NCBI GenBank assembly: GCA_017427645.1
Contig: JAFRSI010000141.1
Location: 6,395 to 70,394, forward strand
DNA from: Oscillospiraceae bacterium
GTDB lineage: Bacteria > Bacillota > Clostridia > Oscillospirales > Oscillospiraceae
Direction of reading: 5' to 3'
DNA: 64,000 bases
The translations under genes and the position numbers were made by a program. The notes under the pieces were generated by a model, which saw only the letters and a list, made by a program, of their open reading frames with translations, made no database searches and had not been told where the DNA came from. Each line of letters starts with the position of its first letter. Position 1 is the stretch's first letter. Positions 35,520-45,649 of this stretch are shown here, in pieces.

Positions 35520-36719
35520 TTAGCCGTCCTTCGGCGCCGGGATCTGCCGCGATACGCTGAGTACGATACCCATTTCAAATAGCTGCAGGGCCAGAGCCGT
35601 GCCGCCGTAGCTGAAGAACGGCAGGGAGATGCCGGTGGCGGGGACCAGGCCGCTGACCACGGCAATGTTCAGAAACGTCTGCAGGGCGATGTGGGTCACC
35701 ACGCCCACCGCCAGCAGCGAGCCGAAGCGGTCCCGGGCGTGGAGGGCGATCCAGAAGCCGCGGATGATCAGCAGGGCGAAGATCAGCATGATGACGCAGG
35801 CGCCGATCAGGCCCAGCTCCTCACAGACGATGGCGAAAATACAGTCGTTGTGCTCTTCGGGCAGGTAGAGGAATTTCTGGCGGCTCTTGCCCAGGCCCAC
35901 GCCCAGCAGGCCGCCGGAGCCGATGGCGATCAGGCTCTGTACCATCTGATAGCCGTCGCCCAGCTCGTCGATCCAGGGGTTGTGCCACATGGCGATGCGG
36001 CTGGAGCCGTAGGTGATGATCCCGGCCTCCACCAGCTTGACATAGGCGAAGACGGCCGCGGCGCCGCCGCCCACCCCCAGGCCCACCAGCCAGGCGCGGA
36101 TGCCGCCCACGATCATCATGACCACGCCGGTGCCCACGATGAGGATGGTGCCGGACAGATGGGGCTCCAGCATCATCAGCACGGCGATGATGCCCAGAAT
36201 GGCCATATAGGGCCAGATGCCCTGGCGCCAGGTCAGCATCTTGTCCTTCTTTTTGGAGATGCTGTCGGCAAAGTAGACGATGACGCCCAGCTTGGCGATC
36301 TCCGATGGCTGGAAGGTGAAGACGCCGCGCTTGCCCAGCCAGCGGGTGGCGTTGTTGACGGTGATGCCCACGTGGGGGATGATCACCAGGATCAGCAGGA
36401 ACACAGAGAAGCCCAGCAGCAGCTTGGCGGCGCCCCGCCAGCGCTGGTAGGCGAACTTGCTCACCACGAACATGGCCACGATGCCCAGGGCGGCAAAGAT
36501 GGCCTGGCGCTTGAAGTAGTAGGCCGGATCGCCGGATTCGTAATAGGCGGAGGGGAAGCTGGCGGAAAACACCATCACCAGTCCGATGGCCGTCAGCAGC
36601 AGCGTCAGCAGCAGGAAGGGAATATCCATCCTGCCCTTTGCCGCCTCCAGATTCTTTTGTTCCGTCTCTCTGGCGCGTTTCTGGCGCTCCTTCAGCGCCT
36701 GGTGCTCTGCACGGGTCAA
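35520..36719 (-). CDS. ftsW: SEDS protein FtsW/SpoVE
   Basis: FQPSEIAK, GYQ..QS..AIGSGG, YLPEEHND, LPFFSYGG. Confidence 0.92.
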   Translation of the reverse strand: MTRAEHQALKERQKRARETEQKNLEAAKGRMDIPFLLLTLLLTAIGLVMVFSASFPSAYYESGDPAYYFKRQAIFAALGIVAMFVVSKFAYQRWRGAAKLLLGFSVFLLILVIIPHVGITVNNATRWLGKRGVFTFQPSEIAKLGVIVYFADSISKKKDKMLTWRQGIWPYMAILGIIAVLMMLEPHLSGTILIVGTGVVMMIVGGIRAWLVGLGVGGGAAAVFAYVKLVEAGIITYGSSRIAMWHNPWIDELGDGYQMVQSLIAIGSGGLLGVGLGKSRQKFLYLPEEHNDCIFAIVCEELGLIGACVIMLIFALLIIRGFWIALHARDRFGSLLAVGVVTHIALQTFLNIAVVSGLVPATGISLPFFSYGGTALALQLFEMGIVLSVSRQIPAPKDG

Positions 36720-36753
36720 CGCCGTCCCCTCCTTTCGTTCTGATTCTCGCTCA

Positions 36754-37746
36754 TCAAACGGCGAAGCGGTCCATGACGCCCAGATAGGCCAGGACGCAGA
36801 AAATCAGACTCACGGCGGTGAACACCGCCACGATCTTGGTCTCCTTCCAGCCGCACATCTCAAAGTGGTGGTGCAGCGGGGCCATTTTGAACACCCGCTT
36901 GCCGTGGGTCAGCTTGAAATAGCCCACCTGGATGATGTCGCTCATGGTCTCGCAGATATACACGACGCCCACCAGGATCAGCACCAGGGGCATATCGTAG
37001 GCAAAGGCCAGCGCCGCCACGGCGCCGCCCAGAAACAGAGAGCCGGTATCGCCCATGAAGATCTTGGCGGGATAGTGGTTGTAGAGCAGGAACCCCAGCA
37101 GACCGCCCAGCATGGCGGCGGCAAAAATGCTCAGCTGCAGATACTCCGTGCCCCAGCGGTAGCCGATCACGGCGAAGAAGACAGCCACCGGCACCGTCAC
37201 GCTGGAGCTGAGGCCGTCCAGTCCGTCGGTGATGTTCACCGCATTCACCGTGCCCACGATGATAAAGGCGGCCAGGATCAGGTAGACCACCCAGTTCAGC
37301 ACGATATGGGTGTGGAAAAAGGGCACGTACAGGTTGGGGCTCAGCATCCCCTCATAGCGCATCAGGCACAGGAACGCCACCGCAGCCGCCAGCTGCAGCA
37401 GGAACTTCTGCAGGGAGGTCAGGCCGGTATTCTGGTGATGCTTTACCTTCTGGTAGTCGTCGATATAGCCGATGATGCCGAATACCAGGGAGAAGACGAA
37501 CACGTACAGGTGGGAGAGGTCCCCCTCCATCATGCCTTTCCAGCCCAGGATCAGAATGGCAGCGCCGATGCCGATGATGAACATCAGCCCGCCCATGGTG
37601 GGGATGCCCTGCTTGTTCATATGCCAGGTGGGGCCGATCTCCTTGATGCTCTGGCCCACCTTCAGCTGCACCAGCACCGGGATCAGCAGTTTGCCTGCCA
37701 CAGCGGTTGCCGCAAAGCTGACAATGAGCGCCAGTAAAATTCTCAT
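36754..37746 (-). CDS. mraY: Phospho-MurNAc-pentapeptide transferase
   Basis: PTMGG, IDDY, NITDGLDGL, FMGDTGS, MAPLHHHFE. Confidence 0.97.
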   Translation of the reverse strand: MRILLALIVSFAATAVAGKLLIPVLVQLKVGQSIKEIGPTWHMNKQGIPTMGGLMFIIGIGAAILILGWKGMMEGDLSHLYVFVFSLVFGIIGYIDDYQKVKHHQNTGLTSLQKFLLQLAAAVAFLCLMRYEGMLSPNLYVPFFHTHIVLNWVVYLILAAFIIVGTVNAVNITDGLDGLSSSVTVPVAVFFAVIGYRWGTEYLQLSIFAAAMLGGLLGFLLYNHYPAKIFMGDTGSLFLGGAVAALAFAYDMPLVLILVGVVYICETMSDIIQVGYFKLTHGKRVFKMAPLHHHFEMCGWKETKIVAVFTAVSLIFCVLAYLGVMDRFAV

Positions 37747-37786
37747 ATCCGTTCTCCTCCCGCCCCGCAGGGCGCTGTCTCCTGTG

Positions 37787-39226
37787 TTACCTGTTTTCGA
37801 AATATGCCCGCACGATCTCCCGCTCGTCCAGGTGCCGGCGCTCCCGTCCGATCTCCTGGTAGCTCTCGTGTCCCTTGCCGCACAGCACCACCACGTCGCC
37901 GCGGCCGGCGTGTGCCAGCGCCCAGCGGATCGCCTCGGACCGGTCCGGGATGACCACCGCGTTTTGTCCGCCGTCCATGCCCGCCACGATCTCCCCGATG
38001 ATGGTCAACGGGTCCTCCGTACGGGGGTTGTCGCTGGTGACCACGGCCACGTCCGCCAGGCGGGCGGCCGCGGCTCCCATCAGGGGGCGCTTGGTGCGGT
38101 CCCGGTCGCCGCCGCAGCCGAACACGGCGAACACGCGGCCCCGGGCAAAGCTCTTCACCGCCGTCAGCACGTTTTCCAGGGCGTCCGGCGTGTGGGCGTA
38201 GTCGATCAAGACCCGGAAATCCCGGCCGCCGGTATCCACCGGCTCCATCCGGCCCCGCACGGGGGGTACGTCCGCCAGGGCGGCGGCGCCGTCTTCAAGC
38301 GGGATCCCCAGGGCCAGCGCGGCCCCCAGGGCGGCCAGGGAATTGGAAACCGTAAACCGGCCCGGAATGGGCACATGCACCGCCGCCCGCTCCGTTTCCG
38401 TCACGGCCCGGTAGGATACGCCCGCATCCGTCAGGCGGAGATCCTCCGCCCGCAGATCCGCCGGGCTGTCCACGCCGTAATATATGCGCCGGCAGGCGCT
38501 GCCGTGCAGCACCCTGCCGCACCAGGGATCGTCCCGGTTGCACACCGCCGCTTCGCACTGCCGGAACAGGCGTGCCTTGGCGCCGCAGTAGTTTTCCATG
38601 GTCCCGTGAAAATCCAGATGATCCTGTGTCAGGTTGGTGAAGATTCCCACGGCAAAGGGGATGCCGTACACCCGGTCCAGCGACAGCGCGTGGCTGGACA
38701 CCTCCATTACCGCGTGGGTGCAGCCCCCGTCCGCCATCTGGCGCAGCAGCGCCTGCAGATCGGCGGATTCCGGCGTGGTGCGCCGGGCGGGTAGCACTCT
38801 GTCTCCCACCAGGTTTTCCACCGTTCCCACCAGGCCCGCCTCCGTACGGAGACACGCCCGGAGGATATGCCGCAGGAAAAAAGCCGTGCTGGTTTTTCCG
38901 TTGGTCCCGGTGACGCCGATCACCCGGAGCTGCCGGGCCGGCCAACCGTACCAGTTGGCGCCGGCCACCGCCAGGGCCTGCCGGGCCGAGGGCACCACCA
39001 CATGGGGAAGCCCCTCCAGCGGACGCTGGCACAGCACGCAGACGGCGCCGCGCCGGACGGCCTGGGCCGCGTAGCGGCTGCCGTCGGTCTCTTCGCCGGG
39101 GATGGCCGCAAAGACGTGGCCCGCCTCCACCCTGCGGGAATCGTAACTGACGCCGGTGATCTCCCGGGTCAGATCGGCCCGGACGGACAGGACCGTCAGG
39201 CCGTCGAGGACTTCTTTCAATTGCAT
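37787..39226 (-). CDS. murE: UDP-MurNAc-tripeptide ligase (meso-DAP type)
   Basis: GTNGKTS, MEVSSH, DHLDFH, DYAHTPD, DNPR, GKGHE. Confidence 0.95.
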   Translation of the reverse strand: MQLKEVLDGLTVLSVRADLTREITGVSYDSRRVEAGHVFAAIPGEETDGSRYAAQAVRRGAVCVLCQRPLEGLPHVVVPSARQALAVAGANWYGWPARQLRVIGVTGTNGKTSTAFFLRHILRACLRTEAGLVGTVENLVGDRVLPARRTTPESADLQALLRQMADGGCTHAVMEVSSHALSLDRVYGIPFAVGIFTNLTQDHLDFHGTMENYCGAKARLFRQCEAAVCNRDDPWCGRVLHGSACRRIYYGVDSPADLRAEDLRLTDAGVSYRAVTETERAAVHVPIPGRFTVSNSLAALGAALALGIPLEDGAAALADVPPVRGRMEPVDTGGRDFRVLIDYAHTPDALENVLTAVKSFARGRVFAVFGCGGDRDRTKRPLMGAAAARLADVAVVTSDNPRTEDPLTIIGEIVAGMDGGQNAVVIPDRSEAIRWALAHAGRGDVVVLCGKGHESYQEIGRERRHLDEREIVRAYFENR

Positions 39227-39324
39227 CGGAGCATCTCCCTCTGCCGGTTTTTTCCTTCCGGTCACCGAGGGCCGCTCCTTCGTGTCAGCGGATGCGCTCC
39301 GCTCCGTTTATCCTATGCGCCGCT

Positions 39325-41598
39325 TTAGTCGCGAATGTCCGTATCGCCCAGCTGCACCGTGATGACCGTGCCGGCGGGAAGCTGGACGCCGGCCTCCTCC
39401 GACTGGCTCATGACGCGGACGTCGCCGCCGCTGCTGGTCGCGCCGGTAAAGCGGATCAGCAGTCCGGCGCTGGTGACGATCCGGTTGGCCTCGGCAGGCG
39501 TGTGTCCCAGCAGATGGGGCACCGTGCACAGATCGTCCGGCTTCTCCTCTCCGGCGTAAAGAACCACCACGGACTTGCCGGGTATGATGGCGCCGCCCAC
39601 GGGCGTCTGGTCGGTGATCCTGTCGCCCTCGCCCACCACGCGGCTGCTGAGGCCGCGGTCCTTCAGCTTCTGCTGGGCCTCCTCGATCCCGCAGCCCACC
39701 ACGTTGGGCACGGTGGTATCGGCGCCCAGCAGCTCCTCGGCGGAATAGGAGGGCTCGATGCCCAGATAGGGCAGGATCTCCGCCATGATCTGGCTGCACC
39801 CCGGGGCCACCATGTTGCCGCCGGAGGGATAGGTCCCGGTATAGGGGCTGGGGCTGTCCAGGGCGATGAGCATGATGATCTCCGGATCGTCCGCCGGGGC
39901 CATGCACATAAAGGACACGATGACCTCTTTCGTCTGGCCCGTGGCGTCGCGCTTATCCGCCGTACCGGACTTGCCGCCGATACGATAGCCCGCCACCTGG
40001 GCGTTGCGGCCGGTACCGCCGGCCACCACCGTCTCCAGGCACTCGCGCACCTTGGCGCTGGTCTCCTCGCTGACCACCTGGCGCACCGGCGTGTCGTCAT
40101 GCTGCCAGATCACGTTGCCCTCGTCGTCCAGCACCTGGGCCACCACGTAGGGCTTGTGGAGATAGCCGCCGTTGACGCAGGCCGCCTGGGCCGCGATCAG
40201 CGAAATGGGCGTCACACTGAAGTTCTGGCCGAAGGCGTAGCACGCCAGGTCCAGCTGGGTGAAGGAGCTGGCCGGCTGGAAGATGCTGTTGCCCTCGCCG
40301 TCCAGATCCACACCGGAGCCGCTCATCAGGTTAAAGGCCCGCATGTACTCGTAATACTTCTCGGTCCCCAGCCGCAGGCCGTAGGTGATGAAGGCCGGGT
40401 TGCAGGAGTTGGCCACCGTCTTGGCCAGGTTCTGGAAGCCGTGCTTGCCGGAGCACTTGATGGTGGCGGTGGATACGTGGATGGAGCCGGTGCAGGTGAA
40501 CGTGCTGTCCATATCCACCACGCCCTCCTCCAGGGCGGCCGCCAGGGTCAGCACCTTGGAGGTGGAACCGGGCTCATACACCTCATTCACCGCCTTGTTC
40601 CACCACTGCTTCATCTGCATCTCGCCCAGGGTCGCCTCGCCGGACTCAATGGCGTCCAGCAGCCGCTGATCCTGTACGGTGGAAAAGGCGTTCAGATCGT
40701 AATTGGGATAAGAGGCCATGCCCAGGATGGCGCCGGTCTTGGCGTTCATGATGACGCCCATGCCGCCCTCCTTCGCCTCGTACTTGTAGACGCAGTCCTT
40801 CAGCATCTTCTCCAGATAGTACTGAACGGTGTTGTCCAGCGTCAGCACCAGGGAGTCGCCGTTGTGGGGATCAAAGTACTGCTCGTACTCATAGAGCAGG
40901 TCGTGGTTGGCGGCGTCCTTGGCCGTGATGACCAGGCCGGTCTGTCCCTCCAGCTGCTTTTCGTAGCGGGCCTCCAGACCGTACAGGCCCGTATTGTCGT
41001 TGCCCACGAAGCCGATGATGTGACAGGCCAGATCCCCGTAGGGATAGTAGCGTTTGGAGTCCGTCACCAGGTAGACGCCCCGGACCTTGTTCTCGTTGAT
41101 GTATTCCCGGACCTTGTTTGCCACGTCCTCGTCGGCCCGCAGCTTGATGACTTCGTACATGGAGTCCAGCCGGTCCATCCGCTTGCGGACGCTCTCCTCA
41201 TTGACGTCCAGGATCTCCGCCAGCGCCGCCGCCAGGGAATCCTTGGTCCAGTTCACTTTGTCCTTGGCGTCCTTGGCCTCGCTGCTGGCCGTCAGGACCT
41301 CGTCGATCTCCTTGGGGGACAGGAATATCGTCTCCGCCGTGGCGGAGATCGCCAGGATGTTCCCGTTGCAGTCGTAGATGGTGCCCCGCGAGGCGGAAAC
41401 CACCGTGCTGCGGGTCTGCTGGCTCACTGCCATTTTCTGCAGCTCCTCGTGACGGTTGATCTGCAGATCGTAGAGCTTGAAGAACAGCACAACAAAGACG
41501 CCCACCCCCAGCACCAGCATCAGGACAAATGTGCGCAGCTGGATCACGCGGTTGGCGCGGCGTACGACTTCACTTTTTCGATTCCCTGAATTTGCCAC
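39325..41598 (-). CDS. Class B penicillin-binding protein with PASTA domains (SpoVD/FtsI-like)
   Basis: RGTIYD, EPGSTSK (SxxK), SCN, KSG; two PASTA repeats; GTG start with RBS aaggag. Confidence 0.92.
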   Translation of the reverse strand: MANSGNRKSEVVRRANRVIQLRTFVLMLVLGVGVFVVLFFKLYDLQINRHEELQKMAVSQQTRSTVVSASRGTIYDCNGNILAISATAETIFLSPKEIDEVLTASSEAKDAKDKVNWTKDSLAAALAEILDVNEESVRKRMDRLDSMYEVIKLRADEDVANKVREYINENKVRGVYLVTDSKRYYPYGDLACHIIGFVGNDNTGLYGLEARYEKQLEGQTGLVITAKDAANHDLLYEYEQYFDPHNGDSLVLTLDNTVQYYLEKMLKDCVYKYEAKEGGMGVIMNAKTGAILGMASYPNYDLNAFSTVQDQRLLDAIESGEATLGEMQMKQWWNKAVNEVYEPGSTSKVLTLAAALEEGVVDMDSTFTCTGSIHVSTATIKCSGKHGFQNLAKTVANSCNPAFITYGLRLGTEKYYEYMRAFNLMSGSGVDLDGEGNSIFQPASSFTQLDLACYAFGQNFSVTPISLIAAQAACVNGGYLHKPYVVAQVLDDEGNVIWQHDDTPVRQVVSEETSAKVRECLETVVAGGTGRNAQVAGYRIGGKSGTADKRDATGQTKEVIVSFMCMAPADDPEIIMLIALDSPSPYTGTYPSGGNMVAPGCSQIMAEILPYLGIEPSYSAEELLGADTTVPNVVGCGIEEAQQKLKDRGLSSRVVGEGDRITDQTPVGGAIIPGKSVVVLYAGEEKPDDLCTVPHLLGHTPAEANRIVTSAGLLIRFTGATSSGGDVRVMSQSEEAGVQLPAGTVITVQLGDTDIRD

Positions 41599-41753
41599 GG
41601 TCTTCTCCTTTCGGCTCTCATCGCCGCCTTGCCCCGCACGCCGAGAGCGGCAGGCGGGGCGCTTATACCAACGAAGGAGCAAGAAGTCCCCTTCTTACTC
41701 CTTTCATCGTTTCTCTGTTTGTTGTCCACTCCTTCCCCACTATATGGGGCAGC

Positions 41754-42305
41754 TCAACGGAAATATTCCAGCACTGCGTTGAAGCCACGCTCCACGCCGT
41801 TCATGATGCCGGTGAGCAATCCCTCGGCGCTGGCCCGATATACCACAGCCGTATCCGAGCCCGACAGATCCACGTATTCGATCTGCGCGCTGGTGGGCTT
41901 GCTCATGCCGGCGGCCTCCGCCGTTTCCTTTACGGTGGCCAGATCGAAGGTCTGCTCATACTTGGTCAGCAGCGAAACGTGCTCGTCGTTCAGCTCCGCC
42001 AGTTCGCTCTTCATTGCGGCCATGCTGCCGGAGATGGTGGTCAGCTGTACGTAGCCCATGATCAGCAGCAGCACCATGGCCGCCAGCACCACCACGCACC
42101 CCACCACCAGCGGGGACGCCTTGGCGCGGGGGACTGCCGCAGCAGCAGCCTGCCGCTGGGTCTGGGGACGGCGGCGTACCGGCTGGCGCTCATGCTCCTG
42201 TACCTTGCCGGCTTCCTCCAGGTTGTGCTCCCGAACCAGCGCGTCCAGATCGTACGCCAGGCTGCCGTATGTAGTTGTGCCGGGGCGTTTCTTCTGTTCC
42301 GCCAT
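41754..42305 (-). CDS. FtsL-like cell division protein
   Basis: GSLAYD N-terminus, single TM, coiled coil; between rsmH and the PBP. Confidence 0.7.
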   Translation of the reverse strand: MAEQKKRPGTTTYGSLAYDLDALVREHNLEEAGKVQEHERQPVRRRPQTQRQAAAAAVPRAKASPLVVGCVVVLAAMVLLLIMGYVQLTTISGSMAAMKSELAELNDEHVSLLTKYEQTFDLATVKETAEAAGMSKPTSAQIEYVDLSGSDTAVVYRASAEGLLTGIMNGVERGFNAVLEYFR

Positions 42306-42325
42306 GGTCGGGAAGCTCCTTTCTC

Positions 42326-43297
42326 TTACAGTTTTTCCGCCACGCGCAGCTTGGCGCTGCGGGCGCGTGGGTTATATGTCAGCTCCGCAGGTCCGGCTGT
42401 CACCGGCTTGCGGGTGATGATCTTCATGCGGGGTTTCTTGCCGCACACGCACACCGGGAATTCCGGCGGGCAGGTACAGCCTGTGGCCAGCTCCTGCAGG
42501 GTTTTCTTGACGATCCGATCCTCCAGGGAGTGGAAGGAGATCACCGCCAGCCTGCCGCCGGGGTTCAGACCGTCCGCTGCAGCCCGCAGCATGGGCGGCA
42601 GCGCGTCCAGCTCGCCGTTGACGGCAATGCGGATCGCCTGGAAGCTGCGCTTGGCGGGGTGCTGCTTCTCCCGCAGGGCCTTGGCCGGCATGGCGCCGCG
42701 GATCAGCTCCGCCAGCTCCAGCGTGGTCTCGATGGGGCGCTCCTCCCGCCGGCGGCAGATGGCCGCCGCAACGGCCGGTGCGTAGCGCTCCTCGCCGTAG
42801 TCGTACAGGATGCGCCGCAGTTCCTCATAGCTCCAGCCGTTGACCACGTCGCGGGCCGTCAGGGGCGCCGTCCGGTCCATCCGCATGTCCAGCGGCGCGT
42901 CGTGCATATAGGAAAAACCGCGCTGTGCGTCATCCAGCTGCGGAGAGGACACGCCCAGATCGAAAAGCATTCCGTCCGCGCCGGGCAGATTCAGCTCCCG
43001 CAGGATCTCATCCAGCTGCTGGAAGTTGCCGTGTACCAGAGTCACCCGGTCCATATATCCGGCCAGCCGTTCCCGGGCCGCGTCGATGGCCGTCTGATCC
43101 CGGTCGATGCCGATAAGCCGCCCCGCAGTCAGACGCCGGACGATCTCCAGCGCGTGTCCGGCCCGGCCCAGGGTGCCGTCCACGTAGACGCCGTCGGGCC
43201 GGATCTGCAGTCCCTCCAGACACTCCTCCAGCAGCACCGGCTTGTGGCCGTAGGCTGCGTCCTCTGCCTGATTGGGGCGAAAGGCTTTCGCGTCCAC
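42326..43297 (-). CDS. rsmH: 16S rRNA m4C1402 methyltransferase
   Basis: HKPVLL, DLGVSSPQLD, PLDMRM, SFHSLEDR, NPRARSAKLR. Confidence 0.97.
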   Translation of the reverse strand: MDAKAFRPNQAEDAAYGHKPVLLEECLEGLQIRPDGVYVDGTLGRAGHALEIVRRLTAGRLIGIDRDQTAIDAARERLAGYMDRVTLVHGNFQQLDEILRELNLPGADGMLFDLGVSSPQLDDAQRGFSYMHDAPLDMRMDRTAPLTARDVVNGWSYEELRRILYDYGEERYAPAVAAAICRRREERPIETTLELAELIRGAMPAKALREKQHPAKRSFQAIRIAVNGELDALPPMLRAAADGLNPGGRLAVISFHSLEDRIVKKTLQELATGCTCPPEFPVCVCGKKPRMKIITRKPVTAGPAELTYNPRARSAKLRVAEKL

Positions 43298-43300
43298 CGC

Positions 43301-43717
43301 TTACAGCCCCATGGATTCCATGGCCGCCTCCAGCGCGCCGGTGGAGAAAGCCTCTTCCTCCATCTCGGCCCAGCGGCGGGCGTTCCAGACCTCCACGCGG
43401 TCAAAGCTGCCGATAACGACGACTTCTTTTTCCAGATTCGCATAGTCCCGGAGTCTGGCCGGGATCAGGATGCGGCCCTGACTGTCCGGCTCACAGTCCG
43501 CAGCGTTGGCAAACACGGACCGCAGCGTCTTGATCTCGCTGTAGGACTTGGTCTTCAACTGCTCCATCCAGGCGTTCCAGCGGTCCTCCGAGAAGATGGA
43601 CAGGCAGTGATCCTGTCCTGCGATCACGTGGAAGGTGCTGCCCAGCTCCTCCCGCAGCTTCGCCGGGATAAACAGGCGGCCCTTGGCGTCGATATTGTGT
43701 GCATATTGACCGGTCAC
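43301..43717 (-). CDS. mraZ: Transcriptional regulator MraZ
   Basis: DAKGRLFIP and DSQGRILIP repeats; GTG start with ggaggtg. Confidence 0.95.
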   Translation of the reverse strand: MTGQYAHNIDAKGRLFIPAKLREELGSTFHVIAGQDHCLSIFSEDRWNAWMEQLKTKSYSEIKTLRSVFANAADCEPDSQGRILIPARLRDYANLEKEVVVIGSFDRVEVWNARRWAEMEEEAFSTGALEAAMESMGL

Positions 43718-43760
43718 GCCTGTCACCTCCCTCGTCTGCGGATCGGATTTTGAGGGAAAC

Positions 43761-43811
43761 TGTGGGAATATCCCCCACAAATGGGGGCACTACCCCCACA
43801 TTCCCCCACCA
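43761..43811 (-). promoter_or_regulatory. MraZ-binding GTGG repeats
   Basis: Minus strand GTGGGGgaatGTGGGGgtaGTGcc...GTGGGG just downstream of the promoter. Confidence 0.7.
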
Positions 43812-43820
43812 GGTAAGATG

Positions 43821-43849
43821 AGTATACATAATTTCCCGGTCAAATGCAA
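43821..43849 (-). promoter_or_regulatory. dcw cluster promoter
   Basis: TTGCAT-17-TATACT. Confidence 0.7.
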
Positions 43850-43962
43850 GAAGATTTTTTGTGAAAAAGCTCCTTTTTTTCTCGCAATTTCGCCGGTTTT
43901 TGGCATATTATTCCGCATTTTTTGAAACATGCGTTCTATAAAGCGGGTGAAAAAGCCGGCAG

Positions 43963-44008
43963 ACACTATATATAGTGCCTGCCGGCTTTCAGAAACCACA
44001 AGATGTGC
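43963..44008. promoter_or_regulatory. NrdR-box-like tandem
   Basis: ACACTATATATAGTG palindrome plus weaker CACAAGATGTG 33 bp further on. Confidence 0.5.
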
Positions 44009-44087
44009 CTCTCGTTATTTGCTTTTTGATCCGACGCCGCAAAAAATCAGCATTATGCACAAACAAGCGGCGTAAATTTCAGCGTTT

Positions 44088-44609
44088 TTACTCCTCTTCG
44101 GTTTTGTTCTGCGAGGCGTTCAGCTGTTCACGCTGCTCCTGCATCTTCTCCGCAGAGGCGGTGCGGAAGCGGGTGCGGGACTCCTGCACCTCGCTCAGCG
44201 CCATCTGGATGGCCTCCTCCGTGCGGCGCAGGGCGTCCTCGGTATAGCTGTTGGCCGCGCGATAGAGCTCCTTGCTCCGCTCCTCGGCCCGGCGGATGAT
44301 CTCCGCGCTCTTCAGGCGGGCCTGCTGCAGGGTCTCGCTGTCGGAGACGATATTCTTGGCGTCGGTCTCCGCCTGGCGGAGCATCTTCTCCACCTCCTTC
44401 TTGGCGGCGGCAACGTACTCGTCCCGTGCCTGGATCAGCTCCTGGGCTTTCTTCAGCTCCAGCGGCAGCTTGCCGCGGATCTCATCCAGCAGATCCAGGA
44501 CCTCGTCCCGGTTGAGCACGCACTTGTCGGGGCTGAAAGCGGCGCTTTTCGCCTCGTCTACCATGCCGTAGAGGATATCCAGCAAACGTCTTACATCTTT
44601 CTCTTCCAT
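44088..44609 (-). CDS. Conserved coiled-coil protein downstream of coaD
   Basis: All-helical repeats (LP.ELKKAQELI..RDE); usual neighbour of coaD. Confidence 0.75.
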   Translation of the reverse strand: MEEKDVRRLLDILYGMVDEAKSAAFSPDKCVLNRDEVLDLLDEIRGKLPLELKKAQELIQARDEYVAAAKKEVEKMLRQAETDAKNIVSDSETLQQARLKSAEIIRRAEERSKELYRAANSYTEDALRRTEEAIQMALSEVQESRTRFRTASAEKMQEQREQLNASQNKTEEE

Positions 44610-44610
44610 A

Positions 44611-45093
44611 TTACGCCCTTCCCTTTCTTTTCAACTCCTCCGCCACCGGTGCGGGTACGTACTTTTCCATCGGTTGTCCGTACTTGATCATTTCACGGAC
44701 CATGGTGCTGCTGAAATGCTGATATGCCACGCTGGCCGGCAGCAGCACCGTTTCCAGCTCGCGGTGGATCCCCCGGTTGATATTGGCCATCTGGTACTCC
44801 TGGTCAAAATCCGTGGCGTTGCGCACGCCCTTGACCAGCACGTTGGCTCCTTTTGCCACGGCGTAGTCCGCCAGAAGGCCGCTGTATGCCTCCACTTCCA
44901 CGTTTTCCATTCCCTCTATGGAGGCGCGGATCAGCGCTACGCGCTCCTCCGCAGTGAACATAGGCGACTTTTTCTCGGCGTTGACCATCACGCACACGCA
45001 CAAGCGGTCAAAACAGGCCGCTGCGCGGCGAATCACGTCCAGGTGGCCCAGGGTGATGGGGTCAAAGCTGCCGGGGTAGATTGCAAAGCTCAT
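44611..45093 (-). CDS. coaD: Phosphopantetheine adenylyltransferase
   Basis: YPGSFDPITLGHLD, KGVR..DF..E, SSTMVRE. Confidence 0.96.
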   Translation of the reverse strand: MSFAIYPGSFDPITLGHLDVIRRAAACFDRLCVCVMVNAEKKSPMFTAEERVALIRASIEGMENVEVEAYSGLLADYAVAKGANVLVKGVRNATDFDQEYQMANINRGIHRELETVLLPASVAYQHFSSTMVREMIKYGQPMEKYVPAPVAEELKRKGRA

Positions 45094-45647
45094 TCGTCGT
45101 CCTCATTTCCGCTGCGGCGGTACACCGTCAGCTTGATCTTTCCGTAGCGGTACTCCCGATAGAGCCGATAGGGCGGCTGCACCGGCGGAAGCACGTGGTC
45201 TGCGGCGCTTTCCGCCACAATTATACCATGCTGTCGGCAAATGTCAAACCCCGTGATGCTCTCCATGGCGGCATTCAGCAGATCGCCGGCATAGGGGGGA
45301 TCCAGGAAGATCAGATCGAATTTCTCGCCGCTGCGCAGGTAGGCCAGGGCATCCCCCCGGCGGATCACGGTCCTGTCCTCCAGGCCGCACAGCCGCACGT
45401 TCTCCCGGATCAGCTCCACCGCATCGGCGCGGTGATCTACGAAAATGCACTCCGCCGCGCCCCGGCTCAGCGCCTCGATGCCCAGCTGTCCCGTGCCGGC
45501 GAACAGGTCCAGGGCCCGCCGCCCTTCGATGTCGAACTGGATGATGGAGAACATGCTCTCCTTTACTTTATCGGTGGTGGGGCGGGTCTCCGTGCCCGTC
45601 AGTTCCTTCAGCCGTCTGCCTCTGGCAGAGCCTGTAATCACTCTCAT
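45090..45647 (-). CDS. rsmD: 16S rRNA m2G966 methyltransferase
   Basis: MRVITG..RPTTDKVKES, DLFAGTG, DPPY. Confidence 0.95.
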   Translation of the reverse strand: MRVITGSARGRRLKELTGTETRPTTDKVKESMFSIIQFDIEGRRALDLFAGTGQLGIEALSRGAAECIFVDHRADAVELIRENVRLCGLEDRTVIRRGDALAYLRSGEKFDLIFLDPPYAGDLLNAAMESITGFDICRQHGIIVAESAADHVLPPVQPPYRLYREYRYGKIKLTVYRRSGNEDDE

Positions 45648-45649
45648 GT

